Source of the DNA: Psammoneis japonica
Taxonomy: Eukaryota
Reading direction: 5' to 3'
Length of the DNA stretch: 64,000 nucleotides
NCBI GenBank assembly: GCA_008632985.1
Contig: QPGO01000201.1
Coordinates: 1-64,000 of the forward strand
Shown here piece after piece: positions 37,601 through 48,047 of this stretch (position 1 is its first letter; each line of letters begins with the position of its first letter). Position numbers and translations under genes: made by a program. Under the pieces are notes generated by a model. That model worked only from the letters and a program-made list of their open reading frames with translations. It searched no databases and was not told where the DNA came from.

Positions 37601-38470
37601 GCAGATGGTGACCAATGAGTTTTGGTTGGGGGTTTCTAAACACAAGTGTGGCTGGTGGCTCAGCTTGTGCTTGTTTGCTGCCATTTTGGAAAAGACATTG
37701 TGAGCACAAGGGCAAGGTGTGTGATGTTGCAGATGCTTGCTCCTGCTTGGAAAAGCACAGAGCAGGGATGACGGCCATGTTTGTCAAGAGATTCTTGTGG
37801 AAGCAGCAAAGAAGGGCAGAGCTCAGAGCTCAGCCCAGCAGGAGCAAGATGTGTCCTTCTTGTGCACTGTGCTGTCAAAACAAAGAGAGTGCATTGAAGA
37901 GGGTGGCATTGATGCACACCAGCAATGGGCCCACCTGTGGAAGGATGTGTTTGCCTTTGAGGAGCTTCTTGCTGCTGACTCTTGTGAATGACAAAGCAGT
38001 TTTTGCACAGTGCAAGCTGCACACCCAGAGGAAACCCAAGGATTCTGAGACACCAGGGGTGCCAGGAGAGATGTTTTGATGAAAGCAGGTGAGGGTCACA
38101 AGCCTCCTCATGGGTCAAAGTGGACGCATCACTTTGTGGTTGGAGACAGACCAACAATTTTGTGCGTGTGCTGTGTTGAGGGGGTGTCGGGCACAGATGA
38201 CACATTGTTTGCTCAATCTGACAAAGCCATGTTGAAAGTGCTGAACAGACAGTTGGCGCATTTGAATGTTGCTTTCACATGATGAAGTCAAGGACACCAC
38301 AGGAATGGCTCGGGTCCATTTTTGCACATGTTTGATGGCTCCTGCCTCTGATCAAGTGGAAGTGGGCGGCACACAAAAAACAACCACAAGAGCACTCCAA
38401 GTCATTTTGTGCCTTTGGATGGAATGTTGTTGATGAGCATCATTGTTTTTGGCAGCGAACAAACTAGTTG
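34650..38470. other. TpA- and CpG-depleted relic of unidentified coding-like or repetitive DNA
   Basis: About 8 TpA in ~3.6 kb by hand count. Purine-skewed plus strand with broken Tyr-free ORFs. No family recognised. Confidence 0.55.
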
Positions 38471-38584
38471 ATCAGCCAAGCATGCGTTTAGAAATTTTTT
38501 TGTCGTTGTTGTGAGAGTCGGTGAGATGGATGTTACTGCGGTGCCGCAAACATCATTCGTGACCGCGCCCCGCGGTGACTGCGA

Positions 38585-40402
38585 ATGTCCGGGTATTTTT
38601 CTTTCCCACTCCCGAACACCATGGCGGCGCCCGTGTCTGCGTCGCCCCGTCGTGGAGGGGGTGACAATGAAGCAGAGTCACACAGTGGTAATACTGCAAC
38701 GTCAGGATGGTCTGGAAAGCGAAAGACCTATCTCGGGTTCTTGTTGTTATTTCTGGCGATTCCTTTTTGTGTCTCCAACCTGTTTGTGGCATTCCAATCG
38801 AGTTCCGCGTGGGCCGCGTCGTCGAGTAATAATCCTGACTTGGAGATGCATCAGTCTCAAGCAGTATCGGAACTACAAGGGTTGTTGGAGGACTCGAGGA
38901 GACAAGTTGTCGCCTTGCAAGAGCAGCTGCAACGAATGCAAAGTGTTGCGAGCACGGCAGAAAATCTGGCGTCTGAACTGGATCAAGTCAAGGCGGCGCT
39001 GTCGGGTCGAGAAGCGCACGCCAAATCGGTCGAGGCTGAACTAAACAAGCTGAGGGGTGAAGTGAAGGTGGCCAATAGAAAGAAAATACGCGATGACCCT
39101 CGACCAAACATTCTGCTCTTGTACGCAGACGACTGGAGATACGATACGTTGGGGATTGCTAACGACGTGGTGAAAACGCCGCATCTCGATCAGTTGGCAC
39201 GAGAAGGTATTCGATTTACTGAAAATTGTGTAACGACATCTGTCTGTTGGGCGTCACGAGCTACTCTCTTGACGGGGCTCTACTTGGCACGACACAAGAC
39301 CAACATGCCTCAGGTATGGCACGGGAATTGGACCGAGTCGATTTACCACCTATTGCTTCAAGCTGGGTATTATGTGGGGCACGTTGGAAAGTGGGGAATA
39401 TGGGACTTGCCAGAGAGGAACTTAGACTTTGAGACAGACGATGAAGGATGGCACTATCGAGAACTGGGGAATAAACTTTGGCACATTACAGAAAAGAATG
39501 AAGTTGACGCTCTAAGGTTTCTTCAGACCAGAGACAAGAAGAAGCCATTCTTTCTCAATGTTGCCTTTTATGCAACCCATGCCGTGGATAACGATCCAAA
39601 TCAATACCTTCCGCAAAATAGGTCCATGTCTCTTTACGCCAACGACACAATCCCGGTGCCCATTACAGCCACCGAAGAGGAATGGCAAAAAATGCCTTAC
39701 TTTTTTGGTGACCACAACGAGGGACGAAATCGTTGGCGTTACCGGTACAAGACTCCAGAGTTGCACCAACACATGATGAAGAATTACTATCGCATGGCAA
39801 CAGAAGTGGATACGGCCTCCGGATCCATTATTCGAAAATTGAGAGAGCAGGGCGAATTGGACAACACAATCATAATCTTTACAACCGACAATGGAAATTT
39901 CCACGCCGAACACGGGCTAGCCGACAAGTGGTATCCTCATCAAGAGTCCATTCGTGTGCCATTGATTATTCGCGACCCTCGTATGCCTTCCTCCAAAGCC
40001 GGGACAGTGAATGATGAGTTTACGCTCAATCTGGATTTAGCACCAACGATTTTGAGCGCCGCCGGTGTCAAGCCCCTCAAGACCATGATGGGACGTGACA
40101 TGAGCGATTTGTACCTAAAGGAAGATACAAAGTGGAGGCAGGAGTTTTATTATGAACATCCCTATCATGTGGAGAAGACGTATATCCCAGGATCCGAGGC
40201 GTTGGTGCGCAAGGATTTTAAATACTTTTTGTGGAGCGATTTCAAATTCGAACAGTTCTTTGACATGAAGAAGGATCCTCGAGAACAGTATGATATCATC
40301 AATAGCACAGACGCAGACCACCAAAGGATCCTGGCGGAAATGAAGGAGCGATTCAGTGTCTTGCGACGTATTGTGCATAGCAACAAGCTTGTCACCTTGT
40401 AA
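38585..40402 (+). CDS. Sulfatase (formylglycine-dependent S1) with N-terminal membrane anchor and coiled coil
   Basis: PNILLLYADD, CWASRATLLTG (CxAxR), GHVGKWG, NTIIIFTTDNG, ESIRVPLII, NLDLAPTIL. Confidence 0.95.
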   Translation: MSGYFSFPLPNTMAAPVSASPRRGGGDNEAESHSGNTATSGWSGKRKTYLGFLLLFLAIPFCVSNLFVAFQSSSAWAASSSNNPDLEMHQSQAVSELQGLLEDSRRQVVALQEQLQRMQSVASTAENLASELDQVKAALSGREAHAKSVEAELNKLRGEVKVANRKKIRDDPRPNILLLYADDWRYDTLGIANDVVKTPHLDQLAREGIRFTENCVTTSVCWASRATLLTGLYLARHKTNMPQVWHGNWTESIYHLLLQAGYYVGHVGKWGIWDLPERNLDFETDDEGWHYRELGNKLWHITEKNEVDALRFLQTRDKKKPFFLNVAFYATHAVDNDPNQYLPQNRSMSLYANDTIPVPITATEEEWQKMPYFFGDHNEGRNRWRYRYKTPELHQHMMKNYYRMATEVDTASGSIIRKLREQGELDNTIIIFTTDNGNFHAEHGLADKWYPHQESIRVPLIIRDPRMPSSKAGTVNDEFTLNLDLAPTILSAAGVKPLKTMMGRDMSDLYLKEDTKWRQEFYYEHPYHVEKTYIPGSEALVRKDFKYFLWSDFKFEQFFDMKKDPREQYDIINSTDADHQRILAEMKERFSVLRRIVHSNKLVTL

Positions 40403-40785
40403 GAGAAACCAGAGCTATGTAAGTGTGTGGCTACTTGATTGCTGCAGCAGACAAAAGTTATTAGAGCTGATTTAACAATGTTAGTTTGAAAGCCGAAGCA
40501 AGCATACCGTAGCAAATGTAGTCGTAGTCGAAGTGGAAGGCCTAAAACGCAGACGACAGAAGAGCATCATCTAAGATTCGTTTTCCTGACGGATAAATGA
40601 AGGAGCGATTCCGTGTCTTGAGGAGAAGATTTACGCACAGCAACAGTACTGTCGCTTTGAGCCTTGTGAGAGAAGCGCATTGTTCCCCAATACTCTTCTC
40701 TTGATTTCTTTCGCTACGAGATTATTATTCATTCAATTGAAACCCGAAACCTATCTACCGCAGAAGATGTAGTCGAAGTCAAAGT
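40310..40785 (+). repeat. Diverged ~250-bp tandem duplication of the sulfatase 3' end and 3' UTR
   Basis: AAATGAAGGAGCGATTC(A/C)GTGTCTTG at ~40338 and ~40595; GTAGTCGAAGT at ~40524 and ~40769. Confidence 0.75.
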
Positions 40786-40902
40786 TGAACACCATAAATA
40801 CAAAACTTAGCTATCCCGAAATGATTGCTCTACACATACCCAAGCGTTCAAAAGTACGGCTCTGTTCGTGTACCCTATAAAAGTATTAGGCAACCGGTAC
40901 GA

Positions 40903-41825
40903 CTACTTTGCATCCAAAAGTTTTATCACTGCCGCCGCACAGGCTTCCGAGGACTGCGGATTCTGTCCCGTGACCAAGTTACCATCGACACAAACCTTGG
41001 ACGACCAGTCGGGACCCTTTTCATAATTTGCACCCAACTCCTTCAGCTTTGTCTCCAATAAGAACGGAACAAGCTTCTCCAACTGGACCGCTTCTTCTTC
41101 CGAATCCGCAAATCCCGTGACAGTCTTGCCCTGTACCAGGGGCTTTCCGTCCACAACACAGTCCACTAGACATGTCGGTCCGTGGCAGACGACACCGACA
41201 ACCTTTTTGGGCGTCGTGTACACGGTCTCGATTGCTTTTGCAAGCGTGGGATTATCGACAAAATCGACACACGTGCCGTGCCCACCCGTCATGTACATGG
41301 CGTCAATGTCGCCAGCCGTGGTGAAATCCAAGTCTGCTAGTTTGACGGAATGACTGAGAGCTCCAATCGCTTCGCCATCGTGCTGTTAAAAGAATTCAAC
41401 ATGTGTAATTAACATTTAGAAAACACTCTTGGACGATACGTCGTACAGCGATTAATATCCCGCTTAGCCAGAAACATACTCACCATGAACTTCTTACACG
41501 CGTCCGTGAAGAACCCCTCGCCAAAGGCATTTTTGTCGAGAGGAATGGGTCCTCCGGCAGGACTCGCAATCACAACATCGTAGCCTGCCTCGATAAAAGC
41601 ATAATACGGAACCGCGAGTTCTTCCAACCACAGTCCTGTGGGATGGCCCTTGAGCTCTGGCGCTGAAGTACAAACAAGAATAACCTTTGCGAATGAAGAG
41701 AGAAGAATGCAGTTTTTGTAAGTTGAAATATCACATACAGAACTAACTTGTGGAGCTGCTTTACAAAGAGAAACATCAATCGGGAGGATCAATCTACAGA
41801 TACCCATGCGGCTCACCTTCGTCAT
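40903..41825 (-). CDS. DJ-1/PfpI (Hsp31/glyoxalase III-like) protein; exons 41825-41817, 41684-41484, 41382-40903
   Basis: TGLWLEELAVPYY, ASPAGG, TGGHG, VCHGP, VTGF..SEE, LVTGQNPQSS. Two canonical GT-AG introns. Confidence 0.93.
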
Positions 41826-42199
41826 GGTGTCGAACACGAAAGATCTTCGGATCAAATTTTGTGTGGTACTAAACGTACGTGGAAGATACGTATGGTAGAA
41901 TTTCCCGCCATTTTCAACGCTCGCTGTGCGCCAATTGTTGATCGGATGAGTCAGTCACCAGACCGCGCACGCAGACGGACGCAATGACGTAGCATTTCCC
42001 GCCACGCGGAACCGGAATCGGTTCCACTCAACAGACAGAGCAACACATTATCACGTTGCTTGGGACCACACGAATGACACAAAACCATTCGCTGTTTTGC
42101 GAAACGACACGGCGACACAGTGACGAGACTCAACCACCTGTTGAAACGACACAATTGCAATCACAAAACGCTCTTTTTTTAAATCAATATTCATTAACC

Positions 42200-43152
42200 A
42201 TGATGTACCGTTGGATTTGTAGTTTTGGAGTCCTATCGCTCCTCGCCACAGTAAGTTTGTTCTTTGTTCCGATAACGATGATAACTGCTGCTCGAATCTA
42301 CTGTCTTGGGTTATGCGTGACTCGTGCCAGTGGTGCTTCCATATTCTCAACCCAATACCTATTTATCTTACGTGTTCTTTCAAATTTTTTCAATACTTCT
42401 TGTAGCCTATTACAGCTCAGTTTGGTGTTGCCGGTAATCGCAAACAACGAGGAACAACGTTTCAGGATTTGAACGAAGAAGCGAAAAAGCAAGCAGAAGT
42501 AGGCACTGCTAGCGGCGGTTTTGATATGAATGCGCTCGGCGATTTGAGTAAAATGCAAGAAATGTTAAATGATCCCGCCATGGCCAAGGCGATGGAGGAT
42601 GCCATGAAGGAACTAGCAAACATGACGCCGGAACAAATGCAGGAACAAATGCAACAAGTCATGGGCATGCTCACCGACGCTGAAATGGTCGACACGGTAT
42701 TGGGACAAAAGGATGAAATTCTGAAACAGTTGGAAGATTCTGGTTTGGTAGCACCCGCAGAGATTGAAAAGTACAAGGCAGATCCCGAGGCGTTTGAGAA
42801 GGAGATGCGTCAGGCTTTTGGACAAATGCAAGAAATATTGGGTGATGGAGATTTGATGAAGCAAGCAATGGAGCAAATGGCCGATCCACTCCTGAAACAA
42901 GTTGGGGAATTGATGGAGTCTTCTGAGATGAATGAAGATAAGATTGAAGAGGTTCGACTGGAACTATTGTCAAAACCAGATTTGGTAGAAAACAATCCCT
43001 TGCTCAAGACTCTGTTTGATCAGGCGGATTTCAAAGAAAGCCTTAGTGACGCCGGCAAATGGAGAGATGCAGTTAGGGAAGGACAAAAGCTAGTTTTAGA
43101 GGCAACTGGTGGAACCGCTGGTGCAGGTGGTGCGGGCGTGGGTGAACTGTAA
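42200..43152 (+). CDS. Signal-peptide, Met/Gln-rich STI1-like (DP motif) protein ending GVGEL, probably ER-resident
   Basis: Exon 1 MMYRWICSFGVLSLLAT, intron 42251-~42415, 1-nt frameshift ~42461, MQEMLNDPAMAKAM, C-terminal xxEL. Confidence 0.7.
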
Positions 43153-43450
43153 AATCTGCTTTGGCGCAGCCACCAACCGGTATCTTCGGACCGTATCTCC
43201 ATGTCACATTCAGCGTATTGTTTAGATTAAAAATTTCCAATCAGATTTAACGATATTGGACACAACTCCCTTGTTGTTTCTTTGAAGAGTCTGCCTCGTA
43301 TTGTGTCGCGAAGATAGCGTTGCAGAAATATGACAGCTGACGATTCCTTCAAAACGCTCCGATGAAAGAGGAACAAAACACTTTGTAGAATTCCTGTGTC
43401 AATATTTTTTCCGTAACTAGCGCTGTCTAATTCACCCTATTAACTTATCA

Positions 43451-46400
43451 CTAAAGGGTACCGGCAGCTTTCCGTTCCTTGTACTCCTGAAAGCTAAGTC
43501 CCTTTCTAACGCGCGTGATTTTGGGTTTGTTCGAGTTCAATCCAAAGATACCAAGGGACGAACCGTCATGTGACTGGGCCAAGACTTCTTCATCAATTGC
43601 AAACTGGTGACTTTCAACATCTGCCTTCTGGATTTCATCATGATCGTCTCTTGTTGAAGCTGCCGGAGTTGTAGCCGCAGCTGTCACCGCTTTGGAAGCA
43701 TCCGCTTCATCTCGTGTTTCCTTGCTGGTCTCCTCCTCGTCTTTCTTGCTTTGTCCCACTTCCCACAATATCTTCGGTTTCACCTTGCGTCGTGCATAGG
43801 GATTGAATTTTGCCGTACCAGCAGACTTGCTCTTGTCAGACTTGTACGATTCAAAGTCTGCGGCTTGATTCACAAGAGCGGCGCGTTCATTCACCTTGGC
43901 CCAGTCGCGGTCCCTGGCACGCTTGGTTAGCCGGCGTTTACGGCTCTTGGCTAATTCTGCAACACGCTCTTCTTCCTGCAATCGTTCTGCAATACGTTTT
44001 TAGCCTCTTCCAACGAGACCTCAGCTTCGTCAACCTCCTTTTCCAATGCGTTGATGGCCGGGTCATTGTCGTCGCCACTGAACTCCAGCAGTGCCTTTTT
44101 CGCTTCACCCAGGCGACGCTGTGCTTCATCGACACCGTTCTTTGCTGCTTGCACCGCAATCTTGCTTCGGGTCTGCTCCAAGCCAATATTGGCTAATCCT
44201 TTGCCTCTCTTCTTACGAGCTTCAATGGCTTTTTCAATATCTTCGTTGGTGTACTTGTAGTTGTGAACGACCTGGTCCAGATTCTTGCGCAACTTCTTGG
44301 CCGGCTCTTGCTCAGCACGGCCATGCGAGCGCCTTTTGGATCTCAACGTATTTCTGCATGTCCTCGTCGGTCGGACGAGAGTCGGAAACCAAATACATGG
44401 GGAATTCCTTTTCGTTCTTTCCAATCTTTAGACGCAACGCCTTGTTTGTGTAGATCTAAAAGCACGGTGCATAATCAAATGAGATGATGTGTAAAAATGC
44501 GTTGCTGCAAGGCTATAATACGAAAGCAAGACTTACTGGTTTGGATGCCTTGTTGAGGGCCGGGAACTTGTATTCGGATTTGCTCTTCACCACGTCTACA
44601 ACCTGACACAACCGGTAACATTTCTTCCCATCTACTTCACCGATACCTAACCGAACAAAGCAATTCATAACAACTTGTTCAAAGTACGGTTCATTGCACC
44701 ACTGCGCAAGTCGTCGTCTCGGAATGGTAATTTTGATGTAGTCGGCAAGTTCGGCATCGGGTCCAACATGCTCCACTATCCCGCGAGCGTCTTCGGTTTC
44801 AGACTCGGACGACGAAGACGACGAGTCATCCTTGAGCTGCTTGGATGTTTTGGCTGTCGACGTCTTTTTCTTTTGCCAAGGTTTCACTACGAAGCTCTTC
44901 TCTTCATAGTCGTCATCTGAATCGTCATCTTCATCGCCAAAGTCCAAATCACTATCATCCTCATCCTCTTCTTCCTCCTCCTTTCTCTCCAAGAGATTCT
45001 TGCGTTCTTCACGAAAGGTCTTGAGCGCGTCTGCCTTTTTCTTCTTGACGCCCTTGCATCGCGATTGCGCTGCGATTCGCGAGAAGCCGACAACTTGGCG
45101 GCAAGAGCTGCATCTGCCGCTTCTTGCTTTTTGGTCTTTTTGGACTTTTTCTTCGTGTTGCCGCCGCAGCCTTGCGCTCTTCTCGTTCCTTGCGCCTGTG
45201 TTACGAAAACAACGGGAGTATCAGAAACAAAACGAACGAGCTTGTCATTCACAAATGTGCATTCCTGGACACTTACTTGGACTCTCTCAAGGCAATTCTC
45301 ATATCTTGTGCCGCCTTTAGCTTGTCAAAACGTTCGCCCAGTATAGCTTCACGTTCAATTTCTGGCAACGAGTCCAAATACTTTTGATCCGCATCATCCT
45401 TCACCAGGGTTGTGTGTCAAAGGTTTCCATATCCAATTCCTGTTCTTCCTCGCTGCTGGAGGAAGATACCTCCATGTCGTCTGCTGCGGCGGCGGGTGCT
45501 GCTGCTGCGGGAGGTTCTGCAACCTTTTTCTGTGGTGGTGGTGGCGGCGGGGTAGCTTCCTTTTCCGGCTCGGGACTAGTTGATACAACGAAAAGAGCAG
45601 ATGTCATAAGCATGTATTTGGAGAAAGGGATATGCAACTACGAGAAAGAAACAACTTACGCGGCTTCAGCGGCTGGCGGGGGTCGACGAAGGCTCTTGCC
45701 CCACCCGGAGACGCAGTGACCACTTGTGGTTTTGGTGCTTCTTCTTCCTCTTCCTCCTCCTCGTCTGAATCCACATCCATGGCATCGTCCTCTTCTTCCT
45801 CCTCTTCTGATGCAACGGACTGAGCATCAAGAGTCCACAATTCGCAAAACAAAATCAAGGTGAGTGACGGTATGAAACCGAGTGAAAACTATAGCAAACA
45901 AAGACGAGACTGCACGTACGGTGGACGACGCAATTGTTTCCCTCCAGAGAAAGCAGGTGGTGCTGGTTGTGCCGGTTCCTCTTCTTCTTCACTCTCTTCC
46001 TCCGATTCGCTCTCGGGTAAAGGACGCAGTTGTTTCCCTCCACTACGACTGTGCTGCATTCTCATGAGTGACTTTCCGCCACCACGCTGAACAACATTGA
46101 CTTGATGATGCGTTTCTTCTTCCTCCTCTTCTTCTTCCTCCTCCTCATCACTGTCGCTGTCCGGTTCTCTGTTTGGTAAAGAGCATTTAGTTGAGTATGA
46201 TTGTGAGTAACATAATGCAGTAGATCCCACGAGCTCCGCACAGCTCATAAACGGTACTCACGCGACACGCAGCTGCTTCCCACCACTGGGACGAAAATAC
46301 TTTCCACCACGATAGACTGGAGGTGCTTCTTCCTCCTCTTCTTCTTCACTCGAAGACTCCTCTTCCTCTTCGGATTCTTGAGGCGGAGGTCTCACGAGTT

Positions 46401-46632
46401 GTTTACCTCCGGCACTCATCATGCGCAACTGTTTCCCACCCCCGCGTGGAACAGCAGCGACATATTCGTCCGGCGGATCTTCCGACGATTCATCCGTCGG
46501 AGGGTCGTCATCGGCAAATCGACGCTTTGTACGAGGCTATGAATGATAATGACCAGAGACAACGCAGCGTTGAGCGACGATGAAAAAAATTAGGATCTTT
46601 AACGCATTCTAATTTCTGCAAAAACTTACCAT
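43451..46632 (-). CDS. RTF1: Rtf1-like PAF1-complex subunit (Plus-3 domain), multi-exon
   Basis: [20 protein letters not shown] (HMD-like, ~45340-45390). Plus-3 [29 protein letters not shown]...[17 protein letters not shown] near the C-terminus. ATG 46632-46630 followed by intron 46629-46537; several further introns and 1-nt frameshifts. Confidence 0.88.
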
Positions 46633-47082
46633 ACTGTAGTGTGCTTTCAGCTCTCGTCGTGGGTCAAACTAGTTTCTATAGGTTGTTGTATGATTCCAGA
46701 GAGAAGAAGCGGGTAGCGAAACAGTGACTACGAGGTTGAAAACAACAACACAACGATGATTGATCCAACAACAAGCAGTTGCGTGTTGGGTGTGTGTCGC
46801 GTCGCGTCGTATCGTGGTGGTGGCGTGACCATCCGCTTGTCTGTGTCGTTGACTGTGTGTATGTCTCATTTGCTTGCACGCCTGAACTCAACTGTGGGTC
46901 CGCGTCTGTGCCTGATCACTTACTGTATGACAAATTTTGTCTCACATTTTGGAATTTTTTGCAACGAAACTGCCAGCAACGTTCGTCAGCGAAATCGCAT
47001 CACCAGCAGCTTGACAGAGGTCCTCCCGAAAACACGATCTTTTGAACTTCGTCGTGACAAACCCTTACGGTGAAGACGAATC

Positions 47083-47975
47083 ATGGCACCAATTGAGTAC
47101 AGGACATGGCAGGATTTCAAGTCGTCGCAAAAGGAAATGACGTTGCCAACAAACACGGCGGCACACATTCCAGTTTCGATTCGATATATTGATGCCGGAC
47201 AAGATAAAAGGGGATCATTATATTCCTTCATGGTATTCCAAAGTGGGGCTATCTATATTATCAAGTCATTCCGGTACTGGTGGAGGCCGGATACGGATAC
47301 CGTGTTTGGCACCCGATTTTCTCGGACACGGGTGGTCGGATCGTCGAGACTGCTTTGACCGGCCATTTCAAACGCAGGCTCAAGTTATTCTGACCTTTCT
47401 AGACATTCTTGGAATACAAAAGTCATATCTTTGGTCAGGATACCGGTGGAGCCGTTGCGCTGATTTTAAATTTTAGCTTGAACACGCTAAAGTGCTGGTC
47501 CGGTTAGTCATTACCAACGCGGTATGCTATGATCGATTTGATGATGACATGCTAGATTTTGGACATGCCTTACGATGGAAGCATCGTCCTGTATCAGACT
47601 CGATAGATGCGCTAGAAGAGTCATTAGAGGCCGGTCTCACCAATAAAGAAACTTGTTTAACCCAGGAGTTTCGTGATGGAATTATTGCTCCTTCGGCCGA
47701 GCGAGGAAGGCAAGCTCAGTTTGATCCGCAATGCCGCGGCTCTCAACACGAATCAAACCATGGCATTGGTGGACCGTCATGGTACCATTAAGTCACAAAC
47801 ATTGATTTTGTGGGCCATGAATGATCCTTGGCAGAAATATCAAGATGGACAATTGCTTGCGAGTGAAATTCCGCATGCGAAGTTTCAACCCATTAGGGGC
47901 GCATCGCATTGGGTTCAACAAGATGCTCCAGGAGACTTCTCAAATGCAGTTTTAGACTTTCTACAAGCACAATAA
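47083..47975 (+). pseudogene. Alpha/beta hydrolase (haloalkane dehalogenase/epoxide hydrolase-like), frameshifted
   Basis: Across frames: FLHGIPKWGYLY, LAPDFLGHGWSDR, GQDTGGAVAL, RLVITNAVCYD, TLILWAMNDPW, GASHWVQQDAP. At least four frame changes and no introns. Could be intact if the indels are assembly errors. Confidence 0.8.
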
Positions 47976-48047
47976 ATCGTTTTTGTTTCTCTAATAAAAG
48001 GTGTATTTAGTTTCCACCAATAGAATGGGTGCCAGTGACTTAAAACA

